Source: a virus. Taken from it: 64,000 nt of DNA. Shown piece by piece: positions 1 to 9,834 of this stretch (positions are counted from its first letter, which is position 1; every line of letters begins with the position of its first letter). Below the pieces are notes generated by a model. That model made no database searches. It was not told where the DNA came from and saw nothing but the letters and a program-made list of their open reading frames with translations. The position numbers and the translations under genes were made by a program. Where the stretch lies: the IMG/VR virus record IMGVR_UViG_3300035182_000826, positions 32,001-96,000 of that record. One strand, given 5' to 3'.

Positions 1-1274
1 GTGAGTTCGTTTCATTCACTCCATCAAATGCTGACATCAAGGAGGCAGTAGCCGCCCAATTGACTCTGAACAACGGAACTGTGATTGACCGTTATTCAAC
101 AACATGGGGTGATTGGACAGTTCACACTGACAAGTACTTCAAGACTGTCGCTACCTCATCAACAGCTGATGTTGACATTGGTGAAATCGTTCATGCAAGC
201 CGAGTAGCTGTATACGTGAACGGTGTTGCTCAACTATCAAGTACTTTCACGATCAGTGGTTCCGTAGTGTCAATCTCTACTTTGTCAACTGGTGATTACA
301 TCACTGTAATCCTCAGAGCGTATTCACCAACTGCTGATGAGCTAAGTTTTGACCCAACTGTTGAAGATGACTTGACGGTTCAAGAACAGTACAAAGAGGA
401 TTACCAGTATGTGTCAGTGCCTGTTCGGTCAGCCGATGACGGCACTATCACGAGTACGTTGTACTATTTCTGGGTAACTGGAAGATCTGTTGCGGCAAGT
501 GGTAAGACGCTCTCAACAAAGGCAATTACCTCATTGTTGACCAATGGCCCATCTACCTACATGACTTTGCAACACTTAACTCCTGATTCTGATTTGCCAA
601 CAGGCACAGTTCTGTCAAGCCCAGTCTATGACTCAATTGCCTTGTCTGGTCTGTCATACTTGGTGACCAAGGACAGCACGTTCAAGCTTCGGTTGATGAA
701 TGACAATACACTGCGTGATGATCCAGAGGGGTTGAACCTCAAGGACACACATGCTGAGTGGACACTCATTAGACCTGGTCAACGCACAAGAATCCCAGAG
801 GCTCTTTGGAACAAGTTAACTGACACTGCATGTGGTGCTGATGTTGCGGGAAATCCATTGCCTGCTCCAGAGCGCGTTGCCTATGACGAGCGGAATGGAA
901 CACGTACGCAGTACGGTTTTGGCAGCGATCAAATCCTTGCTCCTTCAGATTTGGTCACTTCGACTATCCTGTACACGATTCTAAATACCACGGTTGTAGA
1001 TGATTCTGATGACACGGCGGCGCCATATTACATTCAGTTCCTTGACTTTAATGAGAGCGATACGTGGTTTGCTACAGCAGAAAGTACACGAAATATTCTC
1101 ACGAGAATCTGGAATGAAGCTGAGGTTTCGCAAGTGAATGAAATTTTCTTTGCAGTGCTGAATGATATTTGCGCCGCAAACTATGAACTCACGGATTTGT
1201 TCAAGACATCTCGACTAAGTGCGTATTCTGTGAAGGTGATGAACTCATCACCTGTGCAGCCAACTTATGAGTAA
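1..1274 (+). CDS. Virion structural protein (baseplate-associated), 5'-truncated by window edge
   Basis: Frame is open from position 3; T/S/V/D-rich beta-type composition; in an operon with structural genes. Confidence 0.55.
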   Translation, partial: EFVSFTPSNADIKEAVAAQLTLNNGTVIDRYSTTWGDWTVHTDKYFKTVATSSTADVDIGEIVHASRVAVYVNGVAQLSSTFTISGSVVSISTLSTGDYITVILRAYSPTADELSFDPTVEDDLTVQEQYKEDYQYVSVPVRSADDGTITSTLYYFWVTGRSVAASGKTLSTKAITSLLTNGPSTYMTLQHLTPDSDLPTGTVLSSPVYDSIALSGLSYLVTKDSTFKLRLMNDNTLRDDPEGLNLKDTHAEWTLIRPGQRTRIPEALWNKLTDTACGADVAGNPLPAPERVAYDERNGTRTQYGFGSDQILAPSDLVTSTILYTILNTTVVDDSDDTAAPYYIQFLDFNESDTWFATAESTRNILTRIWNEAEVSQVNEIFFAVLNDICAANYELTDLFKTSRLSAYSVKVMNSSPVQPTYE

Positions 1275-1276
1275 CC

Positions 1277-4200
1277 ATGACAACATCCAATAAGAACTCT
1301 ACGTATGTTGCGGCCTTGGTGTCGTTTTTGAATGACACCAAGCCGTACAGCCGAAAGCTAACAGAGGTTATCGAGGAATATCGGTTTAGCGACAGCATGA
1401 ATGTCGCTATGTCTGAGAACATGAACAGCACTGTGCTAACCAAGTCTGCTTGGACTTATGAGTATTACTCTGGTGGCACGTCCTCATCGAACCCAACAGT
1501 GCTTTCTCACCGGCTGGTAATGCCTGAGTTCAGGGATCTTTACGTGAACACCGATCCTCTAAATCTTGGAGGTTTCAAGGTAGGTAGAGATGAAATCACT
1601 GACATCTCATTGGTTCCAAATGTCTTTGACCCAAAGTCTGGGACGACATACGGTTTCTCGGACGCCTTTGTGCAGCGCAGCTCTGGCGGGTTCACACCAC
1701 TACTGGAAGCACATGACATTCACCTGTCACATGGGGCTTACACATTCCAAATCAAGCGTACTGCTGGTGATCAAGCAACGATCACTGGTCGGTTTTCTGG
1801 TACTTACACTGCCTTAGAAACTTACCCACTCACGGTAACACTGTCATTCTCTTCATACGAGATGATTGTGTCTGGTCCTGCTGTTCAGGCTTCATCAAAC
1901 ACGATCACTGTCACCGGGCCTGGTGTCGTTTCCGTGATTGGATACTCGGACGCACCAGCATACAGTCCACTCTTTTCTGATCAAGCTAAGAGCGGCATGA
2001 TGGCCCAGGCCACAGCGACAATGCAGCAGAACGCGCTTGATGAGTCCAATCCAGATAGTCTAATCAGCAAAATCAGAGCAATGATGGCCCTTGTCCAGGC
2101 AGCCATCGATAACCTGCCTGCGCCAAATGTAGAATGTCAAACTGCGTTGGATGCAGTAATGGCAGTTCTTGACAGTGGCACGCTTCCTAATGACTACAAA
2201 GCGCTGATGTCTTCGCTTGAGGCTGCAGGCGCGGTGTGCCCAGCACCTTACGTAGCATGGCGTGGGCAAGACGTTACAGAGCCATTTACAGATCAGTACT
2301 TTGAACTCGAACTGGCTGCACTTTCGCCAAGCTTGTACTTCAACGCTTATACTGACTTAGCGCTTCGTGAAGATGGCACATTGACTTATGAGTCAGTGAC
2401 AGATAGACCGGATGTTGTCATCAGTGGCATCACTGCTGATTACACCAGAGAGAATTATGAGGAATTCACGGTTCTCCTTTACCCTTCATCATTCTTAGTG
2501 AAGGGTTCAGCCTCTGGGACAATTGGCAGTGGGGTGTACAACACTCTGTTTTCTTCAACTCAAGTGTCAATGCTCGTGACTCTGATTGACGCAAGCAGCC
2601 TTGTGCCAGGCACTGAAATCACGTTGACGCCTGCAGCGAAGATCACAATTCATGAATCAGCACCACTTGAAACATGGAGTCTAATCAAGGTCAATCCAAA
2701 GGCTTATAGCCGTCCAATGCTGAATAGCACAAGGTATGGCTACATCATTGATCAGACAGGTCATCTAGGCTTTGTCACAATTCTGAATCAGACAGTTCCT
2801 GGTGGTGTGTTAGTGCTCACTGCTACATCAAGCACAACATTCAGTGTTTCACTCACCTCTTCACCAGCGTATTCAGGAGTTGCAACTGTTGGCACTCCTT
2901 TCAATGATGGGGTGTTTGCCTTTACAATTGTTGCTGGATCTGCTTACACTTTCGAAGAGCATGACACGTTCTTCATCGAGATTGTAAATGACGCGCCAAA
3001 GTACATTGACTTCGCGTTGGTGTATGGCTATGACGCTGATCCATATGATGCATTCAATCTTGTCTATGACAATGTGAACACGGCCGTTACAGATTATTTG
3101 GTGGAACTTGGTTTTGGTTATGACTCAAGATTCTCTTCACTAGATGAAGCTAGCTTCAACTTGACACTTGCACCAAATGTTCAATCAGGTCGCAAGTGGA
3201 TCATGCGTGCTATTCCAGATCAAAGCAGACCACTGTTCTTGCAGAACAGCGTGCCATCAAACATTCTGAATTTGCTTGGTACAGATGACCCAGAAAATCC
3301 AAACGCTGCCGTACAATTTGATCTGGCTTCTCACATGCAGATCTGGTACGCGTCATCTTTCACATTGGAGTTCTCTGATAATGATGGATCAACATGGACT
3401 CAAGTTGGAACCATTCCAGTTGGCAGTTCATATTCAAGCACTACTTATGGAATTTCATTCACCCTGGTGGAACCAATCAAGCCATACATTGCGGTGACAC
3501 TAACAGACCCAATTGACGGTTCGTCTTTTGCCGGTGGTGACATCATCACATGGGAGGTGCTGAACAACCCGCCAGCTCAGGTTGACGCGGCAGGTCTTTC
3601 ATCTGTGAATGTGCCACGACTTGTGATGTTTGCGGATTCATACCACAGAGCAGTGAACGCCAAATGGGTGTTGACTGCGACTGGAATGAATACTTACACG
3701 CTGCAAGGTGTCGACACTTCGACTGGTAATCCAATCTACCCAGTGCCTAAGACATTTTCAGTTCAAACTGACGGCAGATACTACCAAGACCAATACCTTC
3801 ATTATGGGCTGAAGGTTGGTAAGGCAGGCTTTAGCACGAACGATACAATCTCGTTCTACACTTACGAATCTAGCCCAGCCGTCTTGGTTCATGGTACAGT
3901 ATCTGGCTTTACGGATCTTGCTTACTACGACACATGGTATTGGAACGGAAAGATTGGTTTCAAGCTTCAGGCGCCAGAGGTATCTCTCTTTGAGAATGAT
4001 GAGCTGCTCTCAAACATGGTATCGTCTGTTGGTCAAGTAGTACTTGACTACGTGAGAAACGACCATGAGTCAGCAGTGTACCAAATCAAATCTCATGTTG
4101 ATGGGTATTGGACGCTGTACAGAAACAGCGATGCTGTGGCTGGTGGAGTAAGTAAGCTTGACAACGGCTACATTGGCTTTACGATGCCGCCAGCTGTTCA

Positions 4201-5620
4201 GGGAACAGTGATTACTGTCAAGATCGTCGGTGCTGACATTGACTTCACCTTTGGTCAAGATGCGGCCATTGTGCTAACTGATGCTGGGCGCGCGCCACGT
4301 GCTGGTGATTTCATCCAGATTGAGCGGGCCGTGAATGATAAGTTCGACGTGTCTATCACGCCTCAGAACTCCACGCACTCAGCGACCCTTTCAGTTCTTG
4401 CGTTGCACACGACTGACGTGAATGTGGTTGATCACACTGTACTTTCTGGTGCTGAACTGTCTACTACGAGTCCAGAGACAGGGGTCCTCCAGGGGTGGTT
4501 CCAGACACTTCTTGAGCCAAACGTTGTAGGAACTACACCAGCCTATTTCAGTGAAACCGGGGTGAACGTCGTGGTCCGGGCCGCTGCTACGGGTGAAACT
4601 GTTGGAACACTTGCTAGCACAGCGGCTGATCCATCAGAGAATGTGTACTTCAACTGGGATGTTGACTTCCACACAAAGTACCTTCCACTGAACACTGAGA
4701 CGTTGATTGTGACACGCAGCGGTGGCATGAATGAAAACATGAAGGTGTCAATCACAGAGGTGCTGACTACTTGGATTAGCGGTGGTTCACTCACTGACAG
4801 CTCGCTTTTCATTGATAGCGCTTCGGTGAACTTCACAGATGACAGTGTCTTAAACATCACCACCACGAATAATGACTCTCTGGCAGCTCAATTCCAAGAT
4901 GGGTTCACTGGTTTCTTGCCAGGCTATGATAACTTACCATTTGATGCAGAGATTGACGTTAACACTGCGTTCTATGGAGCTGGTCAACCTTACACAGCAT
5001 GGTTTGATAGAGCTAGAGTGTTGCACGCGCTTGGCACTTCTAGAACTGAAGCTCAAACAAATGAGCTCCTCACCCTTGAGGCGCACCTCTCTTCGTTCCT
5101 TGTGAACGAGGATATTGGGCAAACGACTCTTGAGGACTTCTTGGCTGCTTTGGCTGCTGATACCGGTCCATCATCAACTACTGATTTTGGTGTACCAATT
5201 CAAGGCCTTGGCATCAGTGTTGATGAAAAGCCGGAAGGTACAGCGGCAACATCAGTCGTTGACGCGATGACAATGATGATTACGGATTATGGAACATCAT
5301 TGGACATGAACTTGTTGGACGTTGGTTTGCTAGATGCTCCAGCAGACACCATCGCAATGATCACCACGAACAGCAATATTCCAATTCCTGCTGTGATGCC
5401 AACAGGCACCTATGAGGAGTTCGACGCAGCGCTGATGGTACCAGCGCCAGGTGCTCACACGATCAATGTTGTGTTCATGTCTCCTCAACCAATGCCATCA
5501 GCGGTTTATGTCTGGAGAGCATCGCAACCAACACCTGACCCTGTGATTTTCACATTCACCAACCGCACCATTTCATTCACGATGTCAAATCTTGAAGAAT
5601 GCAAGATCATTGTGACGTAA
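1277..5620 (+). CDS. Large virion structural protein (1447 aa)
   Basis: Long ORF, T/S/G/V-rich, repeated beta-sandwich-like segments, N-terminal FLNDTKPY motif of the kind seen in large-myovirus baseplate proteins; late operon. Confidence 0.55.
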   Translation: MTTSNKNSTYVAALVSFLNDTKPYSRKLTEVIEEYRFSDSMNVAMSENMNSTVLTKSAWTYEYYSGGTSSSNPTVLSHRLVMPEFRDLYVNTDPLNLGGFKVGRDEITDISLVPNVFDPKSGTTYGFSDAFVQRSSGGFTPLLEAHDIHLSHGAYTFQIKRTAGDQATITGRFSGTYTALETYPLTVTLSFSSYEMIVSGPAVQASSNTITVTGPGVVSVIGYSDAPAYSPLFSDQAKSGMMAQATATMQQNALDESNPDSLISKIRAMMALVQAAIDNLPAPNVECQTALDAVMAVLDSGTLPNDYKALMSSLEAAGAVCPAPYVAWRGQDVTEPFTDQYFELELAALSPSLYFNAYTDLALREDGTLTYESVTDRPDVVISGITADYTRENYEEFTVLLYPSSFLVKGSASGTIGSGVYNTLFSSTQVSMLVTLIDASSLVPGTEITLTPAAKITIHESAPLETWSLIKVNPKAYSRPMLNSTRYGYIIDQTGHLGFVTILNQTVPGGVLVLTATSSTTFSVSLTSSPAYSGVATVGTPFNDGVFAFTIVAGSAYTFEEHDTFFIEIVNDAPKYIDFALVYGYDADPYDAFNLVYDNVNTAVTDYLVELGFGYDSRFSSLDEASFNLTLAPNVQSGRKWIMRAIPDQSRPLFLQNSVPSNILNLLGTDDPENPNAAVQFDLASHMQIWYASSFTLEFSDNDGSTWTQVGTIPVGSSYSSTTYGISFTLVEPIKPYIAVTLTDPIDGSSFAGGDIITWEVLNNPPAQVDAAGLSSVNVPRLVMFADSYHRAVNAKWVLTATGMNTYTLQGVDTSTGNPIYPVPKTFSVQTDGRYYQDQYLHYGLKVGKAGFSTNDTISFYTYESSPAVLVHGTVSGFTDLAYYDTWYWNGKIGFKLQAPEVSLFENDELLSNMVSSVGQVVLDYVRNDHESAVYQIKSHVDGYWTLYRNSDAVAGGVSKLDNGYIGFTMPPAVQGTVITVKIVGADIDFTFGQDAAIVLTDAGRAPRAGDFIQIERAVNDKFDVSITPQNSTHSATLSVLALHTTDVNVVDHTVLSGAELSTTSPETGVLQGWFQTLLEPNVVGTTPAYFSETGVNVVVRAAATGETVGTLASTAADPSENVYFNWDVDFHTKYLPLNTETLIVTRSGGMNENMKVSITEVLTTWISGGSLTDSSLFIDSASVNFTDDSVLNITTTNNDSLAAQFQDGFTGFLPGYDNLPFDAEIDVNTAFYGAGQPYTAWFDRARVLHALGTSRTEAQTNELLTLEAHLSSFLVNEDIGQTTLEDFLAALAADTGPSSTTDFGVPIQGLGISVDEKPEGTAATSVVDAMTMMITDYGTSLDMNLLDVGLLDAPADTIAMITTNSNIPIPAVMPTGTYEEFDAALMVPAPGAHTINVVFMSPQPMPSAVYVWRASQPTPDPVIFTFTNRTISFTMSNLEECKIIVT

Positions 5621-5650
5621 ATAACGAACAACCTACTCCAGAGGAAAGAT

Positions 5651-6289
5651 ATGAAGGAATCCATCCAAACTAAGGTCCACGGACATGTCATGATCAAGGA
5701 TCAAGATGGAAACGTCTTGCTTGACAAGGACAATGCAATTCACACTGGGAACATGGCAGTCGCTATTGCACGTGGATTGTCAAACACCGCGCACTACCAG
5801 ATCTACAAGATGAAGCTTGGCAATCAAGGTACGTATGTTGACTCATCACTTCAGATCGTTTTCAGACCGCCAAATGTGACTGGAACATCTGCTGATTTGT
5901 ACAACCCAACATATGTTGAAGTTGTAGATGACAGTGACGCAAGCGTTGGATCAGGGAACTCAGTGACCTTCACGAACGTGGCAGGTACAACTAGCACCCG
6001 CGTCATTGTGACTACTGTGATTTCAGCGAATGAAGCTGTGAATCGCGCAACTGACCAAGCAGACACAACAACAAGCTCAAATGGTGGTCTTGACGGCGTG
6101 TCTTCAACTGCCTCAGAAGGGCAGTACTTCTTTGACGAGCTTGGTCTGTTTACGCAAGGCACTGGCTCTCCTGATCTGCTGAACGAAACAGATGAGCTGA
6201 TGCTATCACACTTGATCTTCTCTCCAATTGAACACACTGGAAACCGTGAACTGACAATTGTTTACACCATCACGATCACCGTGTCATAA
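5651..6289 (+). CDS. Virion structural protein (baseplate/tail associated)
   Basis: RBS GAGG, TAAATA at 5618; FDELGL...LSHLIFSPIEH..NR.....YT motif typical of myovirus structural proteins. Confidence 0.5.
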   Translation: MKESIQTKVHGHVMIKDQDGNVLLDKDNAIHTGNMAVAIARGLSNTAHYQIYKMKLGNQGTYVDSSLQIVFRPPNVTGTSADLYNPTYVEVVDDSDASVGSGNSVTFTNVAGTTSTRVIVTTVISANEAVNRATDQADTTTSSNGGLDGVSSTASEGQYFFDELGLFTQGTGSPDLLNETDELMLSHLIFSPIEHTGNRELTIVYTITITVS

Positions 6290-6291
6290 TC

Positions 6292-6906
6292 ATGAATCTG
6301 TACAAGTACCATGAGAAGCCAACATCACTGCTACACCATGGCATAGCTCATGACTCAGTTCCATTATTATTATGGGAGAAGTACAAGGGCAATAGGACAC
6401 AGCTGAAGAAACGAGAACACGTGATTGCTACAAGTGCAAAGTACTCGTATGAGTACGCGAAAGATGTCCTCAATGGCCCATTTCCGGCTGGCAAAGCCGT
6501 AATTGCAAGAGACTCATATTTTGCATACCTTTACGCAAGAGATGTTCTTCATGGCCCATTTCCGGCTGGCGAAGCCGCAATTGCGAAGGACACACAATAT
6601 GCCTACCTTTACGCAAGAGATGTCCTCAATGGCCCATTTCCGGCTGGCGAAGCCGTAATTGCGAAGGACACACAATTTGCCTATTATTATGCCAAGGATG
6701 TTCTAAAAGAACCATGGCCAAAGGGAGAGGACGCGATTGCGAAGACACCAGCATCTGCATACATGTACGCGAGAGCTGTCCTCAATGGCAGGTTTCCAAA
6801 AGGAGAAGCCGCAATTGCGAAGGACCCAAACTTAGCACATGTGTACGCAAGAGAAGTTCTCAATGCCGACTTCTATTATGATGGTAAGTTAGTTGGAAAT
6901 AAATAG
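6292..6906 (+). CDS. 26-aa tandem repeat protein, family copy 1
   Basis: Leader MNLYKYH..P..LLH...AHDSVP then repeats AKDxxYAYxYARDVLxGPFPxGEAxI. Confidence 0.85.
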   Translation: MNLYKYHEKPTSLLHHGIAHDSVPLLLWEKYKGNRTQLKKREHVIATSAKYSYEYAKDVLNGPFPAGKAVIARDSYFAYLYARDVLHGPFPAGEAAIAKDTQYAYLYARDVLNGPFPAGEAVIAKDTQFAYYYAKDVLKEPWPKGEDAIAKTPASAYMYARAVLNGRFPKGEAAIAKDPNLAHVYAREVLNADFYYDGKLVGNK

Positions 6907-6963
6907 TGTGACTCGCAGCACCGTGCCATCGTCTAAATAAAAGAAACTCACCGAGGGCACAAC

Positions 6964-8604
6964 GTGAAGTTGTCATTCAGACAAGGCATTGTCAAGCATC
7001 AAACTGATGCCAACGGCAATCCAATTTTTCTACAGAACGGATCAGGTCAATTCATTGACCTGGTTGTTTCACCCGACACCACAGTGGTGTCATTTGCGCA
7101 TCGGTCTTCAACGTATCTCATTGAAGAAGTCAAGACTGTAAAGAACGCATGGGGGCCAATCACTGGTACTGGCACAAAGTACCTGTACTGGGATGTGAAC
7201 CTATTGAATGGTGAAGTGACGCGCGGCGTGACACTGTTGCCACCAATCTACACGTCTTCAGCTCCTACATCGCCACTGCCAGATCAATACTGGTTTGACA
7301 CTGTGGAAAATGTTTCACGCGTTTGGAATGGCGCTAAGTGGGTTGAGAAGATCAGAGCGTTCGCCGGTTACATCACATCGAACAGCATCATCAAAGCCGC
7401 AAGAATTGGATCAGAGGCCGGCATCACTGGAACGTTTGATGCCGGTTTCTTGGTGCTTGACAGCTTTGGAATGCCGCTCAGACAGAGTGATGGTTCTCTG
7501 TTGACGACAGTGGCGAGTATGAAGATTGTGAATCTTGGCACTACGACGGCTAGACTTGAGCAACCATTGATGTCAGCAATGGCAGCCGAGGAAATTCCAA
7601 TGTACTCATTGGTTCAGTTGAAGCGTGGTCGTAAGATGGTGCTTGCTAGATCAACTGATTACACCACTAGAGTCGCTGGGATTGTTGCAAGCGACATGTA
7701 CGAGGGTGAAGTAGACAACATCATCACGACTGGCGTAGTGAAGAATCAGAACTGGTCATTCACTGATGATCAAATCAGTAAGCCTGTATTTTGCGGCCCA
7801 ACCGGTCAGGTGTCTATCACCCCACCAACACAAGGTGTGAACCAGATCATTGGCTTTGTGTATGACACAGATTCAATCTTCATGAGCATCAAGCCTGTTG
7901 TGGTTCTTGATGTTCCAACAGTAATTACCCCACCACCGCCACCACCGCCAGTCGCTGCGCCAATTGCAAACTTCTATGGTGATGTGATGACAGGCGTGGC
8001 ACCGTTCACGGTGCAATTCACTGACACCTCCACTGGTGCAGAATTCAGAGAGTGGGATTTCACAAATGATGGGTATGTTGATTCAACAGACACAAACCCA
8101 AGCTATACTTTTGCAGCGGCCGGTCTTTACACTGTTCGCCTACGAGTAACGAACTCATTCGGCGCCGATGAGGAAATCAAGGCGAACTACATCACTGTGA
8201 CGGCTCCACAACAGAGCACTGAGGTGAATGTTGGCGTGTCGTTCGGAGCGCCAGTGAACGTTTCAGGCGGTCAAGCCTTTAGCTTCCAAGTCATCACTTC
8301 GAACGCTGGTGGAATTCAAGCTACGAATGTGGTGAGAGTACTCAAGCTGAGAACAAACAACACTACACCAGTAACTATTCTGAATCCTCCAGCCGGTGTC
8401 ACTGTTGAAACTCAAGGTGTGCTCACTGTAGTGACTCTTCCAACGACAGTAGTTGCAGGCGGTGGCACTGATGTGATTGTGCTTCAGGCATCAGCTGCTG
8501 CCACTGCAGGTACCATCCTAATCACTGGTACAGTTTCTTGCGCTGAAACCGATAACACACCACAAGATAACAGCGCAAGCCTTTCTATCACGGTGACACC
8601 ATGA
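6964..8604 (+). CDS. Virion structural protein with PKD (Ig-like) domain
   Basis: PKD signature APFTVQFTDTS...WDF...NPSYTF...GLYTVRLRVTN after a poly-Pro linker; TAAATA at 6934. Confidence 0.7.
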   Translation: MKLSFRQGIVKHQTDANGNPIFLQNGSGQFIDLVVSPDTTVVSFAHRSSTYLIEEVKTVKNAWGPITGTGTKYLYWDVNLLNGEVTRGVTLLPPIYTSSAPTSPLPDQYWFDTVENVSRVWNGAKWVEKIRAFAGYITSNSIIKAARIGSEAGITGTFDAGFLVLDSFGMPLRQSDGSLLTTVASMKIVNLGTTTARLEQPLMSAMAAEEIPMYSLVQLKRGRKMVLARSTDYTTRVAGIVASDMYEGEVDNIITTGVVKNQNWSFTDDQISKPVFCGPTGQVSITPPTQGVNQIIGFVYDTDSIFMSIKPVVVLDVPTVITPPPPPPPVAAPIANFYGDVMTGVAPFTVQFTDTSTGAEFREWDFTNDGYVDSTDTNPSYTFAAAGLYTVRLRVTNSFGADEEIKANYITVTAPQQSTEVNVGVSFGAPVNVSGGQAFSFQVITSNAGGIQATNVVRVLKLRTNNTTPVTILNPPAGVTVETQGVLTVVTLPTTVVAGGGTDVIVLQASAAATAGTILITGTVSCAETDNTPQDNSASLSITVTP

Positions 8605-9545
8605 GCACAGTTTACGAAATTGTCTTTCTTGACAATGACCCAGCATCAGATAGCTATGGCGAAATTGCCAGACTGCCAGACTTAGGGATCATTAACGCTG
8701 GTGGAACTGTTGGTCCAACTTTCTATGTTGGTGATAAACCGCTCTTGTTCGCTGATGGAACTGCTACTGATGGTAGTGCATCGGCAGTCCTGTCAATCAC
8801 CCTTCAGAGTGCCTATGACAAAGGGAACAACATAAATCTGACAGCCGGTCGTGATTTGGTTTTTACCAGCACTTCTGGAAAAAAGGTTGTCGTTGATTCG
8901 AACACTGGCAAGGTCACAATTGACGGTGACCTTGCGGTAAAGGGTGACAGTACTACAGTTGAAGGCACGATCTACAACGTTGATCAGGTTGACATCAACC
9001 CGCCTAATGGGGCCATTACAGGGCTGATCATCAAGCCTGAAGCTGGTGTCACAATGACATCAGACCTTGTCCAGATTTCAGTGCAGAATGCCGGACCAAC
9101 AGTTTTTAGCATTGATGCTGCCGGTGTCACCCATATCGCCTCTCTTGATGTAGGCATAGTGAATGGGTATGACTTCTCATTGCTCGCGGCCAGCATCACT
9201 GATCACTTAAACGGATCTGGCATCAAGCACACTGGAACTGAAATCTCAGTTGCAGGCCCCTTCACAACATTGGTTGGCACGAATGTTGAAGAGGTGCTTG
9301 AATCCATTGATCAACACCTTGTAACACAGGCGGCTGAAATCCGCACATATGAGCATGTGCAAACCGTGAGCGCTGCGCATTGGCTCGTACAGCACAACAA
9401 GGCAAGCACACGACCAACGGTCACAATTTATGGTGATGATGGTTTTCAGTTCTGGCCTGATGAGATTCAAATTGTTGATCAAAATACCATTTCGATTTTC
9501 TTCAACTCACCAACTACCGGAAGAGCAGTAATTTTGTTGTTCTAA
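8601..9545 (+). CDS. Virion fibre-associated protein with C-terminal W..xHN module
   Basis: ATGA overlap with upstream gene; C-terminal WLVQHNK...PTVTIY module shared with neighbouring genes. Confidence 0.55.
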   Translation: MSTVYEIVFLDNDPASDSYGEIARLPDLGIINAGGTVGPTFYVGDKPLLFADGTATDGSASAVLSITLQSAYDKGNNINLTAGRDLVFTSTSGKKVVVDSNTGKVTIDGDLAVKGDSTTVEGTIYNVDQVDINPPNGAITGLIIKPEAGVTMTSDLVQISVQNAGPTVFSIDAAGVTHIASLDVGIVNGYDFSLLAASITDHLNGSGIKHTGTEISVAGPFTTLVGTNVEEVLESIDQHLVTQAAEIRTYEHVQTVSAAHWLVQHNKASTRPTVTIYGDDGFQFWPDEIQIVDQNTISIFFNSPTTGRAVILLF

Positions 9546-9589
9546 TTTAGATTCTTGGTAAATACCATATATGAATAGCAGTACAAGAC

Positions 9590-9817
9590 ATGAAAAGAAA
9601 TATCGAAACCGATGACATCGTCCTAGCCGCAACCCTGCGTGTTAAGGGATACTTGTTGGATCGTATTGAAAAAGATGGAAAACGCGGGAAGTTTTGCTTC
9701 AATGATGTTGAGCATAATATCCTGCAGGAATATGACCTCGGTCAAGCGTTGGTGGAGCCGGTGACATTCAACAACGCGGTTAAGGCACTCACCACCGCTG
9801 CAAAGCGTATCGTTTAA
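9590..9817 (+). CDS. Small protein resembling DUF5659
   Basis: Pattern TDD..LAA.L...G......F.F......Y.....VEP..F...VK.L; TAAATA at 9559. Confidence 0.5.
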   Translation: MKRNIETDDIVLAATLRVKGYLLDRIEKDGKRGKFCFNDVEHNILQEYDLGQALVEPVTFNNAVKALTTAAKRIV

Positions 9818-9834
9818 TCTCTTAGGAGTTCACA